Assembly (NCBI GenBank): GCA_002171015.1
Contig: NHHP01000001.1
Span: forward strand, 4,641-68,640
DNA: 64,000 nucleotides
Source: Candidatus Pelagibacter sp. TMED166
GTDB taxonomy: Bacteria > Pseudomonadota > Alphaproteobacteria > Pelagibacterales > Pelagibacteraceae
Direction of reading: 5' to 3'
Part shown: in pieces, positions 41,426 through 51,342 of the stretch
How positions within the stretch are numbered: the first letter of the stretch is position 1
Layout: each line of letters starts with the position of its first letter
Made by a program: the position numbers and the translations under genes
The notes under the pieces: generated by a model
The model's database searches: none
What the model was told of the DNA's origin: nothing
What the model saw: the letters and a program-made list of their open reading frames with translations, nothing else

Positions 41426-44400
41426 ATGAATAAATTGACCGAATGGTTGACAAAACCATTTTTAGAAAAAGATATTATCAAAGAGGGTGTCAGAGATCCT
41501 GGTATCTTCAAAGCTATATTTTTAGCTGGAGGACCTGGTAGCGGTAAATCATTCGTAGCACAGAAGTTATTCGGTATACCAGAGAAGATAAATGTATCGA
41601 AGACTGGTCTGAAGATGGTAAATCAAGATAACGAACTTGAACTTTTGTTAAAAAAGTATTTTGGTACAACTGATATTGACAATATGCCTGATGAGTTATT
41701 TCAAGATTTGACTGGTGTGGATAAACAAGGTAAACCCGTAGATTACGACACGAGTGGATTAAGAAAGTTTGCTAAATCTTTAAGTAAAGAAAGATTAAGA
41801 CTTTACACCAATGGAAAGTTAGGTGTTATCATAGATGGTACTGGACATAACTTTGGTAAGATTAAAAAAAGAAGAAAAGAATTGATGGATTTAGGATACG
41901 ATACCTATATGGTTTTTGTAAATACCTCATTAAAGATTGCTAGAGAAAGAAATGAAAAAAGAGATAGGGTCGTACCAGACGCTATTGTTAAAAAAAGTTG
42001 GGAAGATGTACAATCAAATTTAGGTGCCTTTCAAGGTTTATTCGGTGGTTCTAACTTTATGATTGTTCAGAATAACAAGATGTTATCAGATGCTCAGATA
42101 AAGAAACATTTTAAGATGTTGGTCAGTAAAGGTATAGATTCATTTTTAAAGAAACCAATTAAGAGTAAGGTTGGTAAAGCTTGGTTACGAAGAGAAAAGA
42201 AACATCAAAAGGTATTTAAAGATCCTGGCCAGTCAAAGTTTTTTGAATCTATAAATATTCCGATAAAAGTAGGTGATACAATCCTTACCGGTAGATTTAA
42301 AAACAAAAAAGTTGTTGTAAAATCAATCGGAAAAGACGACCACGGTATGCCCACAATAAATGGAAAAAAGATAACAACAATTCGTACGATGAAAAACGTT
42401 GATGAGGCACCTAGGGTTCCTAGAAAGAAAGGACAACATCGTGGTTCAAAGTCTCATTCAGATTTATATACGGATGAGAATCCAAAAGGAACAATCAAAG
42501 GATTGAAGTTTGCTACGGTTAAAGATGCAAAAGCATCAGTCAGTAAAATAAATGGAAGTGGTAAAACTCACGCACATAAGATACAAGCAGCTGTAGCTAT
42601 GGAACAGAGAGCTAAAGAAATGGGTAAAGCTTCTCAAGCGGCTGTATATAGAACTTATATCAATAAGATGAAAAAGAAAACAAAAGAGAAAAATGAAGAA
42701 TTTGGATTACCTGCTGGTGAGATACCATCACCAAGTCGTAAGATGGTAAAGAAGATGAAGAAACGTGGTAACACATCGGTTCCCTACGGTAGTGGTTACA
42801 AGAAAGTAAATGAAAATGATAAAGCTGAGTTATACAAATTGTATAGTATGGGTATGAAAGCATTTTCTGGTAGTGCTAAACATAAAGAAATACTAAAGAA
42901 GATAAAAGTTCTAAGAAAAAAATTAGGTATGAATGAACAAAAAGAAATCAAAAAAACTATCGGTATATTCGGTGGTAGATTCCAACCGTTTCATAGTGGA
43001 CATTTAGCCACATATAAATGGTTATCTAAACAAGTGGATGAAGCTTATATAACAACTTCTAATATTAAACAACTTCCAAGACACCCAATGGACTTCAAGG
43101 AAAAAGTCCGTCACATGGTAAAGATGGGTATTCCAAAGAATCGTATTGTTCAAGAAAGAACACCTTATGTAGCAGACAAAGTTTTAAAGAAATTTAATCC
43201 TAATACCACTGCTGTAGTTTATGCTTTTGGACAAAAAGATGCTGGTAGATTAAAAGGTGGTAAGGGTAAATACTTTCAAGATTATAAAAAAAGTAGAGAG
43301 GATATCCGAGGATACAAAGAACATGGATATTTTATCACTGCACCACAATTTGGTGACATGAGTGGTACTAAGATGAGGTCACTATTGGGTGACCCTAGGA
43401 TAGATGATAAAGAAAGAAGAAAATCTTTCAAAAAAGTTTTCGGATATTTCGACCAAGGTATCTATAATATGATGACCAATAAATTCAGAAAGTTATACGA
43501 GGGTATAGAGGACTTTATACTCAAAACAGATTTTAAAGAATTAGTCAACGAAGCAAGTTTAACAGCGATAAACCCAACAGATGATGGCCCACCAACTTTC
43601 TACAGAGGTTTCAATGATTATAAGAATCAATCCAAAAGATGGTTGGATGATATGTACGGTGATACTGGTTGGGAAGTCGTACAATATATTTTAGGAAAAC
43701 ATGCTATAAATCCTGATTATGATTACACCCTTAAATACAACGTAGTTCCTGCTGTAGCTTATGGTCGTAAACAATCTGGTAAATATGGTACTAGATTTGG
43801 TACAGACAATCCAATAAAATCCTATAAAAATTATATAGAAGGAACTGTATTGCATAATATTGGGTATGAGTTGGTAAAATGGATGGGTATTACACCAGAT
43901 GGTAATAATTATACTGGTGTAGAGGTGGAGACTCCAGTGGTACCAGGTATCGGTGATGATAATGTTGGTAATACAGAAAAACAAAAATTAAAACTAAAAG
44001 AGATAAATTTAAATGAAGAAGTAGAAATATTGATTGGGGAAAGGAAAAAACTTTTACCGTCAAGAGACCACAAATATGTTTCGATTGGTTTCGGTAGGTA
44101 TAAATTAAAAGGTAAGGAAAACGAAGACGACGCCGATGTATATTTCAAATCAAAAGATGGAACTTATATAAAATCAAATGACCAAAAAAGTGATAATAAA
44201 AATTTTAAAGAAGGTGTATTACTAGAGGGTGGAGCTTACGGACATTTGAACCATCCTTTTGATGACAAAAATCTTACATTTTCAGATTTTAAAACACTAA
44301 TTATTAATACCCTACAAGGTAAATTAGACAAAGAGGGTGCAGTCACAGAAAAAACAGATGGTCAGAACATAATGATAAGTTGGAAGAACAATAAACTTAT

Positions 44401-45451
44401 CGCCGCTAGAAATAAAGGTCATATAAAAAATCATGGGGCAAACGCACCAGACATTAGTGGTATTCAATCGATGTTTGCTGGTCGTGGAGATATTGAAAAA
44501 GCATTCGTATTTGCAATGAGGGATTTACAAAAGGCCATCGGTAAACTTAGTGATAAACAAAAGGACAAGATATTTGACGAAGGAAAAAAATTCATGTCTT
44601 TAGAAGTAATATATCCAAAGACCGTTAACGTAATACCTTATGATAAATCGTTATTACAATTTCATGGAACGATTGAATACGATACCGACGGTTCTCCGAT
44701 AGGTGAGGATAGGGGTAGTGCACGGATGTTAGCCGGTATGATAAAACAAATAAATCAAGATATACAGAAAGCGTTTAAAATAGAAAAACCATTTATCTCG
44801 AAGTTACCACAAGTAAAGGATTTTAGTAGAAGACAGAAATACTTTTTAGGTAAATTGAATAGATTACAAAAACAATTTGCATTGAGAGGTACGGATACTC
44901 TAGCTGATTATCATCAAGCTTATTGGACTGAATTTATTTTCAACGCTGCTAAACAATACAAATACAACATACCGAACAACGTCTTGGGTAAGTTGACTAA
45001 AAGATGGGCGTTTTTAGATAAATCATATAGAATACCAGATATCAGACGTGAGATACCGAATAAGAATTTTTTGAATTGGGTTCTGAGAACCGACAAAACA
45101 GATTTACAAGGTCTACAAAAAAAACATATTAGGGATTGGGAAGTTTTGTTTTTTGAACTAGGTGCTGAGATATTATCAAACTTATCTGATTTTATCGCGG
45201 CTAATCCAGATAAATCTGCTCAAAAAATTAGAAAAGATTTATCAAAAGCAATAAGTAAAGTGAAGACTTCGAAAGACCCAAAAGTTATCAACACCTTGAA
45301 AACACAGTTGGATAGGTTGAAAGCAATAGGTGGTTTGAAAGCTGTTGTCCCTACTGAGGGAATCACGTTTGTTTTCAAAGGAAAATTGTATAAATATACT
45401 GGTGCTTTCGCACCAGCTAATCAAATTTTAGGAATGTTAAAGTTCGTATAG
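41426..45451 (+). CDS. 1341-aa multidomain protein: P-loop kinase + HxGH (NMNAT/cytidylyltransferase-type) nucleotidyltransferase + KxDG ligase-like domain
   Basis: Walker A GGPGSGKS (41528-41551), with VIIDGTG and RNEKRDRVVP downstream. GIFGGRFQPFHSGH (42962-43003) and MSGTKMR (43358-43378) fit the HxGH / (S/T)xxxxR pair of NMNAT-like enzymes. EKTDGQN (44348-44368, K976) fits motif I of ATP-dependent RNA/DNA ligases. Confidence 0.6.
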   Translation: MNKLTEWLTKPFLEKDIIKEGVRDPGIFKAIFLAGGPGSGKSFVAQKLFGIPEKINVSKTGLKMVNQDNELELLLKKYFGTTDIDNMPDELFQDLTGVDKQGKPVDYDTSGLRKFAKSLSKERLRLYTNGKLGVIIDGTGHNFGKIKKRRKELMDLGYDTYMVFVNTSLKIARERNEKRDRVVPDAIVKKSWEDVQSNLGAFQGLFGGSNFMIVQNNKMLSDAQIKKHFKMLVSKGIDSFLKKPIKSKVGKAWLRREKKHQKVFKDPGQSKFFESINIPIKVGDTILTGRFKNKKVVVKSIGKDDHGMPTINGKKITTIRTMKNVDEAPRVPRKKGQHRGSKSHSDLYTDENPKGTIKGLKFATVKDAKASVSKINGSGKTHAHKIQAAVAMEQRAKEMGKASQAAVYRTYINKMKKKTKEKNEEFGLPAGEIPSPSRKMVKKMKKRGNTSVPYGSGYKKVNENDKAELYKLYSMGMKAFSGSAKHKEILKKIKVLRKKLGMNEQKEIKKTIGIFGGRFQPFHSGHLATYKWLSKQVDEAYITTSNIKQLPRHPMDFKEKVRHMVKMGIPKNRIVQERTPYVADKVLKKFNPNTTAVVYAFGQKDAGRLKGGKGKYFQDYKKSREDIRGYKEHGYFITAPQFGDMSGTKMRSLLGDPRIDDKERRKSFKKVFGYFDQGIYNMMTNKFRKLYEGIEDFILKTDFKELVNEASLTAINPTDDGPPTFYRGFNDYKNQSKRWLDDMYGDTGWEVVQYILGKHAINPDYDYTLKYNVVPAVAYGRKQSGKYGTRFGTDNPIKSYKNYIEGTVLHNIGYELVKWMGITPDGNNYTGVEVETPVVPGIGDDNVGNTEKQKLKLKEINLNEEVEILIGERKKLLPSRDHKYVSIGFGRYKLKGKENEDDADVYFKSKDGTYIKSNDQKSDNKNFKEGVLLEGGAYGHLNHPFDDKNLTFSDFKTLIINTLQGKLDKEGAVTEKTDGQNIMISWKNNKLIAARNKGHIKNHGANAPDISGIQSMFAGRGDIEKAFVFAMRDLQKAIGKLSDKQKDKIFDEGKKFMSLEVIYPKTVNVIPYDKSLLQFHGTIEYDTDGSPIGEDRGSARMLAGMIKQINQDIQKAFKIEKPFISKLPQVKDFSRRQKYFLGKLNRLQKQFALRGTDTLADYHQAYWTEFIFNAAKQYKYNIPNNVLGKLTKRWAFLDKSYRIPDIRREIPNKNFLNWVLRTDKTDLQGLQKKHIRDWEVLFFELGAEILSNLSDFIAANPDKSAQKIRKDLSKAISKVKTSKDPKVINTLKTQLDRLKAIGGLKAVVPTEGITFVFKGKLYKYTGAFAPANQILGMLKFV

Positions 45452-45459
45452 AGGTTAAT

Positions 45460-46011
45460 ATGGCAGGATATAGTAAAGAAAATCATAGACAAAATCAAGC
45501 TCTACAGACTATTTTAGATGGTGGTACACCTGAAAAAAGAATAATTGTAAGTATGGAAGATGTCAATGAAAAGAAACAAAGACAGAAACAAATCGCAGAG
45601 GATAGAGAGAAGTCAAGTAAGAGGTCTGAAGCTTTATCATCAGCACGTACTCCATGGTTTTGTCCAAGCTGTAAAAAGGTAATGAAAAAAAAATTAGATG
45701 ACAAAATGTATAGACTGTACAATCATTGTTTCAATTGTCAGGTTGAAGTAGAAAATAAAATGAGAATTGAAGGTACTTATGATGATTGGGAAAAAGAAAA
45801 AATAAAACAAAATCAATTATCTTGGATACAAGAACAAAGAGAAACTATAGAACAATTTAAAAAACAAAAGGCACCTGAGTTCTATCAACAATTCAGGCCC
45901 GATGGTTATTCAATTGATAAAGAAAAATGGGATATGGATAAGAGTTTCATATTAGAACAAGCAGAAGAAGCTCTAGATTATCTTAAAAAAATGGAAGATT
46001 CTTTAAAATAA
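45460..46011 (+). CDS. zinc-ribbon protein
   Basis: 183 aa with CPSCKK...(17 aa)...CFNCQ, flanked by charged helical regions. Confidence 0.6.
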   Translation: MAGYSKENHRQNQALQTILDGGTPEKRIIVSMEDVNEKKQRQKQIAEDREKSSKRSEALSSARTPWFCPSCKKVMKKKLDDKMYRLYNHCFNCQVEVENKMRIEGTYDDWEKEKIKQNQLSWIQEQRETIEQFKKQKAPEFYQQFRPDGYSIDKEKWDMDKSFILEQAEEALDYLKKMEDSLK

Positions 46012-46053
46012 TATATTTATATATAGGGAATTTTAACTTTAAGGAGAATAACA

Positions 46054-46356
46054 ATGCCTCAAATAAAAAGTGGTACAAATAATAGAACCGATGTAGCGAG
46101 TAGAAGTGCACCGAAATTTAAAAATCCTGGCTTCTATAACAAAGCAACTTTGGTTGGGTCAAATAAGACAATTGCATTTACTGGCTCGGCTATAGCTGCT
46201 GGATTTATTTGTGAGAACGTGACAAATGTTACGATTGAATTACAAAATGGTGGTACATTACCAGGTTCGACTTTGACAGCTGATACTTTATACGAGATAG
46301 CACCCAAAAAGGTTGTCATTGGTGCTACAGGTGTGGTTCACGTATTACATAAGTAA
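46054..46356 (+). CDS. hypothetical protein
   Basis: 100-aa ORF with an AAGGAG Shine-Dalgarno and an ATATATTTATATATAG motif at 46011-46026. It lies immediately upstream of terL. A small-terminase role cannot be supported from sequence. Confidence 0.55.
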   Translation: MPQIKSGTNNRTDVASRSAPKFKNPGFYNKATLVGSNKTIAFTGSAIAAGFICENVTNVTIELQNGGTLPGSTLTADTLYEIAPKKVVIGATGVVHVLHK

Positions 46357-46359
46357 AAA

Positions 46360-47949
46360 ATGAAGAGAAACCAAAAAGGACAATTGAAAGATGTCATAAG
46401 GAAGGAGTATGTAAAATGCGCCTCAGACCCTATCTACTTTTTGAAAAGATACTGTTTTATACAGCATCCGATAAAAGGTAAGATACCTTTCGCCCTTTAC
46501 GATTTTCAAGAAAAAACAATTGAAGACTTCGTTCAACACCGATTCAACATAATTTTGAAAGCTAGACAATTAGGTTTATCGACGATTACGGCAGGTTATT
46601 CTCTGTGGATGATGACATTTCATCAAGATAAAAATATTTTGGTTATTGCTACGAAACAAGAGGTCGCGAAAAACCTTGTTACAAAAGTAAGAGTGATGCA
46701 CGCCAACTTACCCTCTTGGTTGAAACAAAAATGTGTTGAGGATAATAAACTATCCCTTAGATATAAAAATGGTTCACAGATAAAGGCCGTATCGAGTGGA
46801 GAGGATGCAGGTCGTTCAGAGGCACTATCACTATTGGTTCTCGATGAGGCTGCTTTCATCGATAAAATTGATACAATATGGGCTGCAGCTTCACAGACAC
46901 TATCTACTGGTGGTCAATGTATCGCACTATCCACACCAAACGGTGTTGGTAATTGGTTTCACAGAACTTGGATGGATTCTGAAGATGGACTGAATGATTT
47001 TAATTTTATCAAACTACATTGGACAGTACATCCAGATAGAGAACAAGATTGGAGAGATGAACAAGATTCCCTATTAGGCCCCTCACTTGCGGCACAAGAA
47101 TGTGACTGTGATTTTATTACATCTGGTCAATCGGTCGTCGATGGTTTGATTCTAGAAGATTATAAAAACAATCAGGTCAGAGAACCGATTGAAAAAAGAG
47201 GTATCGATAGTAATGTGTGGATATGGGAACCACCGAATTATACAAAAGATTATATAGTATGTGCAGATGTCAGTCGTGGTGATTCAACTGATTATTCAGC
47301 TTTTCACATCATAGATATAGAGACTTTGGAACAGGTTGGAGAGTATAAGGGAAGAATGTCGACAAGAGACTTTGGTAATCTTCTAGTCAATATATCGATT
47401 GAGTATAACGATGCATTACTTGTAATTGAAAATAACAATATAGGTTGGGCAACCATCCAACAATGTATCGACAGAGAATATCAAAATCTTTTTTACATGA
47501 GTAAAGATTTACAAGTTGTAGATGTACACAGGCAGGTCAATAATAAAATTAACAGAGCCGAAAAACAGTTAGTACCTGGATTTACGGTGACACAAAAGAC
47601 ACGACCGTTGGTGGTTGCGAAATTAGAAGAATTTTTCAGAGAGAGATTAGTTACGGTTCGTTCAAATCGTTTAATAGACGAGTTGTTTGTATTTATATAT
47701 AATGGTAGTAGAGCGGAAGCTATGTCCGGATACAACGATGATTTAGTGATGTCTTACGCTATGGGTTTATGGATACGAGAAACCGCCTTGAGATTAAGAG
47801 CGGAAGGTATCGAACTACAGAAAAAAGCAATGAGTGGTATAACATCAAATCAAGGTGTTTACACTCCTAAACAAAATATCAATGATTCTTGGACGATGGA
47901 AGTAAACAAACAACCAGAATCATTAGATTGGTTACTAGATAAGAGGTAA
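46360..47949 (+). CDS. terL: terminase large subunit (T4 gp17-like)
   Basis: ILKARQLGLST (gp17-type Walker A variant SRQLGKT), Walker B LLVLDEAAFI, coupling motif LSTPNG. Nuclease-half acidic residues: IVCADVSRGDSTDYSAF, LLVIENNNIG, YNDDLVMS. Confidence 0.9.
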   Translation: MKRNQKGQLKDVIRKEYVKCASDPIYFLKRYCFIQHPIKGKIPFALYDFQEKTIEDFVQHRFNIILKARQLGLSTITAGYSLWMMTFHQDKNILVIATKQEVAKNLVTKVRVMHANLPSWLKQKCVEDNKLSLRYKNGSQIKAVSSGEDAGRSEALSLLVLDEAAFIDKIDTIWAAASQTLSTGGQCIALSTPNGVGNWFHRTWMDSEDGLNDFNFIKLHWTVHPDREQDWRDEQDSLLGPSLAAQECDCDFITSGQSVVDGLILEDYKNNQVREPIEKRGIDSNVWIWEPPNYTKDYIVCADVSRGDSTDYSAFHIIDIETLEQVGEYKGRMSTRDFGNLLVNISIEYNDALLVIENNNIGWATIQQCIDREYQNLFYMSKDLQVVDVHRQVNNKINRAEKQLVPGFTVTQKTRPLVVAKLEEFFRERLVTVRSNRLIDELFVFIYNGSRAEAMSGYNDDLVMSYAMGLWIRETALRLRAEGIELQKKAMSGITSNQGVYTPKQNINDSWTMEVNKQPESLDWLLDKR

Positions 47950-47952
47950 AAA

Positions 47953-49794
47953 ATGGCTGATACAAGTTTATTCAGTAGATTAAGAAGATTATTTTCAACT
48001 AATGTTGTTGTTAGAAACGTTGGTGGAAGAAAACTGAAGGTTAGTGATACTAGTCGTACACAAGCTTATTCAAAAAGTAATCTTGTCGATAGATATCAAA
48101 AGATTTTCACAGGTGCTGGACTGAGTGGATATTCCGATGCGTTGATGACAAAATCAATGAGATTGAATTTATTCAAAGATTATGAAGCAATGGACTCCGA
48201 TGCTATAATATCATCGGCTCTAGATATATATTCCGATGAATCAACAATGAAATCCGAATACGGAGAGGTGTTACAGATTCAAACAGATAATGACCAAATA
48301 AAAGAAATACTACACAATCTATTCTATGATATTGTCAATATTGAATTCAATCTTTGGCCATGGATTCGTAACATGTGTAAGTATGGTGATTTCTTTTTAA
48401 AGTTAGAGATAGACGAAAAGTACGGTATTACTAATGTTGTCCCACTTTCTGTTTATGATGTGTCTAGATTAGAAGGTTTAGATCCTGAGAATCCTGAATA
48501 TGTAAAATTTTTAATCGAGGCTGCGACAGCAGAACATAGGTATAAACAAGAACAATCATCAACAAAAGAAGAATTGGAAAACTATGAGGTCGCACATTTT
48601 AGATTACTATCAGACTCTAATTATTTACCCTATGGTAAATCACAAGTAGAGGGTGCTCGTAAAATATATAAACAATTGACCTTAATGGAAGACGCGATGT
48701 TAATCCATCGTATAATGAGAGCACCTGAGAAAAGAGTATTCAAATTAGATATTGGTAACATACCACCAGCAGAAGTTGATAATTACATGCAACAAGTTAT
48801 CAATAAAATGAAGAAAGCACCTGTTGTTGATGAGACCACCGGTGATTACAACCTCAAATACAATATGCAGAATATTACCGAGGATTTCTTTTTACCTGTC
48901 CGTGGTGGTGATAGTGGTACGAGTATCGATTCTTTACCAGGTTTGACATATGAAGCAACGGATGATATCGAGTATTTAAAGAATAAATTACTATCAGCAC
49001 TTAGGATACCAAAAGCATTTCTAGGGTTCGAAGACCAAATCGGTTCTAAGGCTACCTTAGCAGCAGAGGATGTTCGTTTTGCAAGGACTATAGAAAGGAT
49101 ACAGAGAATTACTCTTTCCGAGTTAACAAAGATTGCAATTGTTCATTTATATGCACAAGGATATCAAGACGCAGAATTGACAAATTTTGAATTGACTTTG
49201 ACTAATCCATCAACAATATATGAACAAGAAAAAATTGAACTTTGGAACAATAAAACTTCTTTAGCTGATTCAATGTTGAGAGACGGATTATGTTCGTCTG
49301 AATGGATATATAAAAATATTTTTAATTTTACCCAAGAAGAAATCAAAGAAATGGACAAACAAATTACATTTGATTATAAAACAAAATTTAGAAGACAACA
49401 AATCGAACAAGAGGGTAATGACCCAGCTGAGAGTGGAGAATCACAAGGGACACCATCGGATTTAGCTTTAGGTAGAACCGGTCATGAGTTGGATGACGAA
49501 GGTGGTTCGGAAGAGGGTGGACAACCAGGTGCTGGAAGACCAAAAGAACCAAATAAATATGGAAAAGATAGTGGAGCGAGAGGAAGAGACCCTTTGGGAG
49601 CTCATGATAAGAAAAAAGGTGGTAGTGGTGCTCCTAAGTATGGTAAGGCTTTAGCCCTATCTCATTACGATTCCCTTAAGAAATCAATGAATTTTAACAA
49701 AAAAGACAGAGAAATCATAACTGAGGTATCAGAATTAGAAGAAGAGTATCAAAATGAGGTAAGTTCTTTCAGTAATGATAAATCAAATGACTAA
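47953..49794 (+). CDS. portal protein
   Basis: 613 aa directly after terL. SALDIYSDEST and the overall size resemble gp20-type portals. It has a Gly/charged C-terminal tail. Confidence 0.75.
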   Translation: MADTSLFSRLRRLFSTNVVVRNVGGRKLKVSDTSRTQAYSKSNLVDRYQKIFTGAGLSGYSDALMTKSMRLNLFKDYEAMDSDAIISSALDIYSDESTMKSEYGEVLQIQTDNDQIKEILHNLFYDIVNIEFNLWPWIRNMCKYGDFFLKLEIDEKYGITNVVPLSVYDVSRLEGLDPENPEYVKFLIEAATAEHRYKQEQSSTKEELENYEVAHFRLLSDSNYLPYGKSQVEGARKIYKQLTLMEDAMLIHRIMRAPEKRVFKLDIGNIPPAEVDNYMQQVINKMKKAPVVDETTGDYNLKYNMQNITEDFFLPVRGGDSGTSIDSLPGLTYEATDDIEYLKNKLLSALRIPKAFLGFEDQIGSKATLAAEDVRFARTIERIQRITLSELTKIAIVHLYAQGYQDAELTNFELTLTNPSTIYEQEKIELWNNKTSLADSMLRDGLCSSEWIYKNIFNFTQEEIKEMDKQITFDYKTKFRRQQIEQEGNDPAESGESQGTPSDLALGRTGHELDDEGGSEEGGQPGAGRPKEPNKYGKDSGARGRDPLGAHDKKKGGSGAPKYGKALALSHYDSLKKSMNFNKKDREIITEVSELEEEYQNEVSSFSNDKSND

Positions 49795-49808
49795 TTATTG
49801 TTTAACTT

Positions 49809-49832
49809 TATATTTATTTATGAATAAATATA
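49809..49832. promoter_or_regulatory. perfect 10-nt-arm palindrome TATATTTATT-TATG-AATAAATATA containing AATAAATA (T4-type late-promoter-like), copy 2 of conserved motif
   Basis: Located 22 nt upstream of the ATG at 49855, followed by a GGAG Shine-Dalgarno. It shares the core ATTTATnnATGAATAA with 8-27 and 57689-57708. Confidence 0.4.
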
Positions 49833-49854
49833 CACTTGTATGGAGTAATCTATA

Positions 49855-50724
49855 ATGGCTCGAAAAATAAAACATTCAAAAATCAAGAATACTGGTATTC
49901 TTTTTGAATTATTGACAAGACAAATCACAGCAGATGTGTTAGCCGGAAAATCAACAAAGTCAGTTGGTATATTGAAGAAATTTTTTAATGAAAAGACAGA
50001 GTTGGGTAAAGAACTTGAACTCTACAAGTTATTGTCAGAAAAAAATTATAATTCAGAAGTCAAAGCTAATGATTTATTAAATGTGGTTATAAAACAAAGA
50101 CAAAACCTAAACAACTCAGACCTACGCAGAGAAAAGTATAATTTGATTAGTTCGATTAAAGAAAATTATAACGTTACAGATTTTTTCAATGGTAGGATTC
50201 CTAATTATAGATTATTGGCATCTATCTATAATATTTTCCAATCTGAGACTACTGATGAGAAATTTAAAGCTGACCAGTTGGTTAATTCTAAATTTACTGT
50301 GTTGGAACATATAACTCATAAAAAGATAGATGATGAGAAAATAAAACAAAAGGTAATCGCCGAATATAGTAAACAAGACAAGGATTTGAGATTATTGGCT
50401 TATGAAATATTAGTAGATAAGTTCAACAAAAAGTATAAATCCCTTGATGAATCACAAAAGAAACTGTTAAAGAATTATATTAATAATATCAGTAATACTA
50501 ATTCATTAAGAGAATATGTTGATAAAGAGGTCACTCGTATAAAATCAGTATTGAAAAAAGAGTTACCTAGGGTAGATGATAAAATTACTAGTATCAAATT
50601 AACAGAAGCGATTAATCAAATAGAAAATTTGACAAAAGGTAAAATTGTTAACGAAAAACAAGTTTTATCTTTGATGAGATATTATGAACTTATTAAGGAG
50701 ATTAGGAATGTCCACAAAGGATAA
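49855..50724 (+). CDS. hypothetical protein (head module)
   Basis: 289-aa ORF between the portal and protease genes. No motif recognised. Confidence 0.65.
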   Translation: MARKIKHSKIKNTGILFELLTRQITADVLAGKSTKSVGILKKFFNEKTELGKELELYKLLSEKNYNSEVKANDLLNVVIKQRQNLNNSDLRREKYNLISSIKENYNVTDFFNGRIPNYRLLASIYNIFQSETTDEKFKADQLVNSKFTVLEHITHKKIDDEKIKQKVIAEYSKQDKDLRLLAYEILVDKFNKKYKSLDESQKKLLKNYINNISNTNSLREYVDKEVTRIKSVLKKELPRVDDKITSIKLTEAINQIENLTKGKIVNEKQVLSLMRYYELIKEIRNVHKG

Positions 50725-51145
50725 ACTCAAAGAGATTATCAGAGAGTTAATCAGACAAGAATTGGAAGAGGTTTCTGTTACGGGTAATCTCGATGGTGGT
50801 GAAGGCCCACCTAGAACTCCTTATGCTTTTTACGGTGGTCGTAAAAAAGATAAAAAGAAAAAGAAAAAAATTACACATGCGGCTGGATATTCAAAAGTAC
50901 ACGAAGGTAAATATCATGAATATCGTAACGATGAATCAATGACACCGAAACAAAAAATCGGTAAGTCGATGAGAGAAATCAGAGATAGTCTGAATGAGTT
51001 AGACAAATTAGTAAAAATGAACGTTCGTTTGAAAAATGAATTAAATGTAGATTCAAGGTCATATTGGAAAAATACCCATAAGGCGTTACGTAGAGTTAGT
51101 GAAAGGTTGGTAAAACTAGCGAACAAGGTCGGTCAATTACAGTAA
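50708..51145 (+). CDS. hypothetical protein with leader-like N-terminus (MSTKDKLKEIIRE...)
   Basis: ATG 50708 has an AAGGAG Shine-Dalgarno 8 nt upstream (track start is 50684). Basic KKDKKKKKK stretch. Confidence 0.55.
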   Translation: MSTKDKLKEIIRELIRQELEEVSVTGNLDGGEGPPRTPYAFYGGRKKDKKKKKKITHAAGYSKVHEGKYHEYRNDESMTPKQKIGKSMREIRDSLNELDKLVKMNVRLKNELNVDSRSYWKNTHKALRRVSERLVKLANKVGQLQ

Positions 51146-51153
51146 GTATTGAT

Positions 51154-51342
51154 ATGCCATTTCAAGAGAACAAAAAATCCTATATGGATACTTTGTTCAG
51201 TATCTCGACTCTGTTGAAAAGATGGCAAGTCGAAATACAGAAGAAAGATGTAGATAAGAATTATATGTTAAAGAGACTTGGACAATGGATTGAGATGTTG
51301 GAAAGTCTTAGACACGAAATTATGATGGGAAAAGATAAATGA
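51154..51342 (+). CDS. hypothetical protein
   Basis: 62-aa ORF with an ATGA overlap onto the protease gene. Confidence 0.5.
   Translation: MPFQENKKSYMDTLFSISTLLKRWQVEIQKKDVDKNYMLKRLGQWIEMLESLRHEIMMGKDK

Noticed and set aside
49820-49855. 11-codon mini-ORF (MNKYTLVWSNL) inside the palindromic motif, considered as a leader peptide.
   Set aside because: The equivalent ATGs in the other two motif copies open unrelated 5-codon ORFs, so the peptide is not conserved. The ATG is more likely part of a DNA-level signal.
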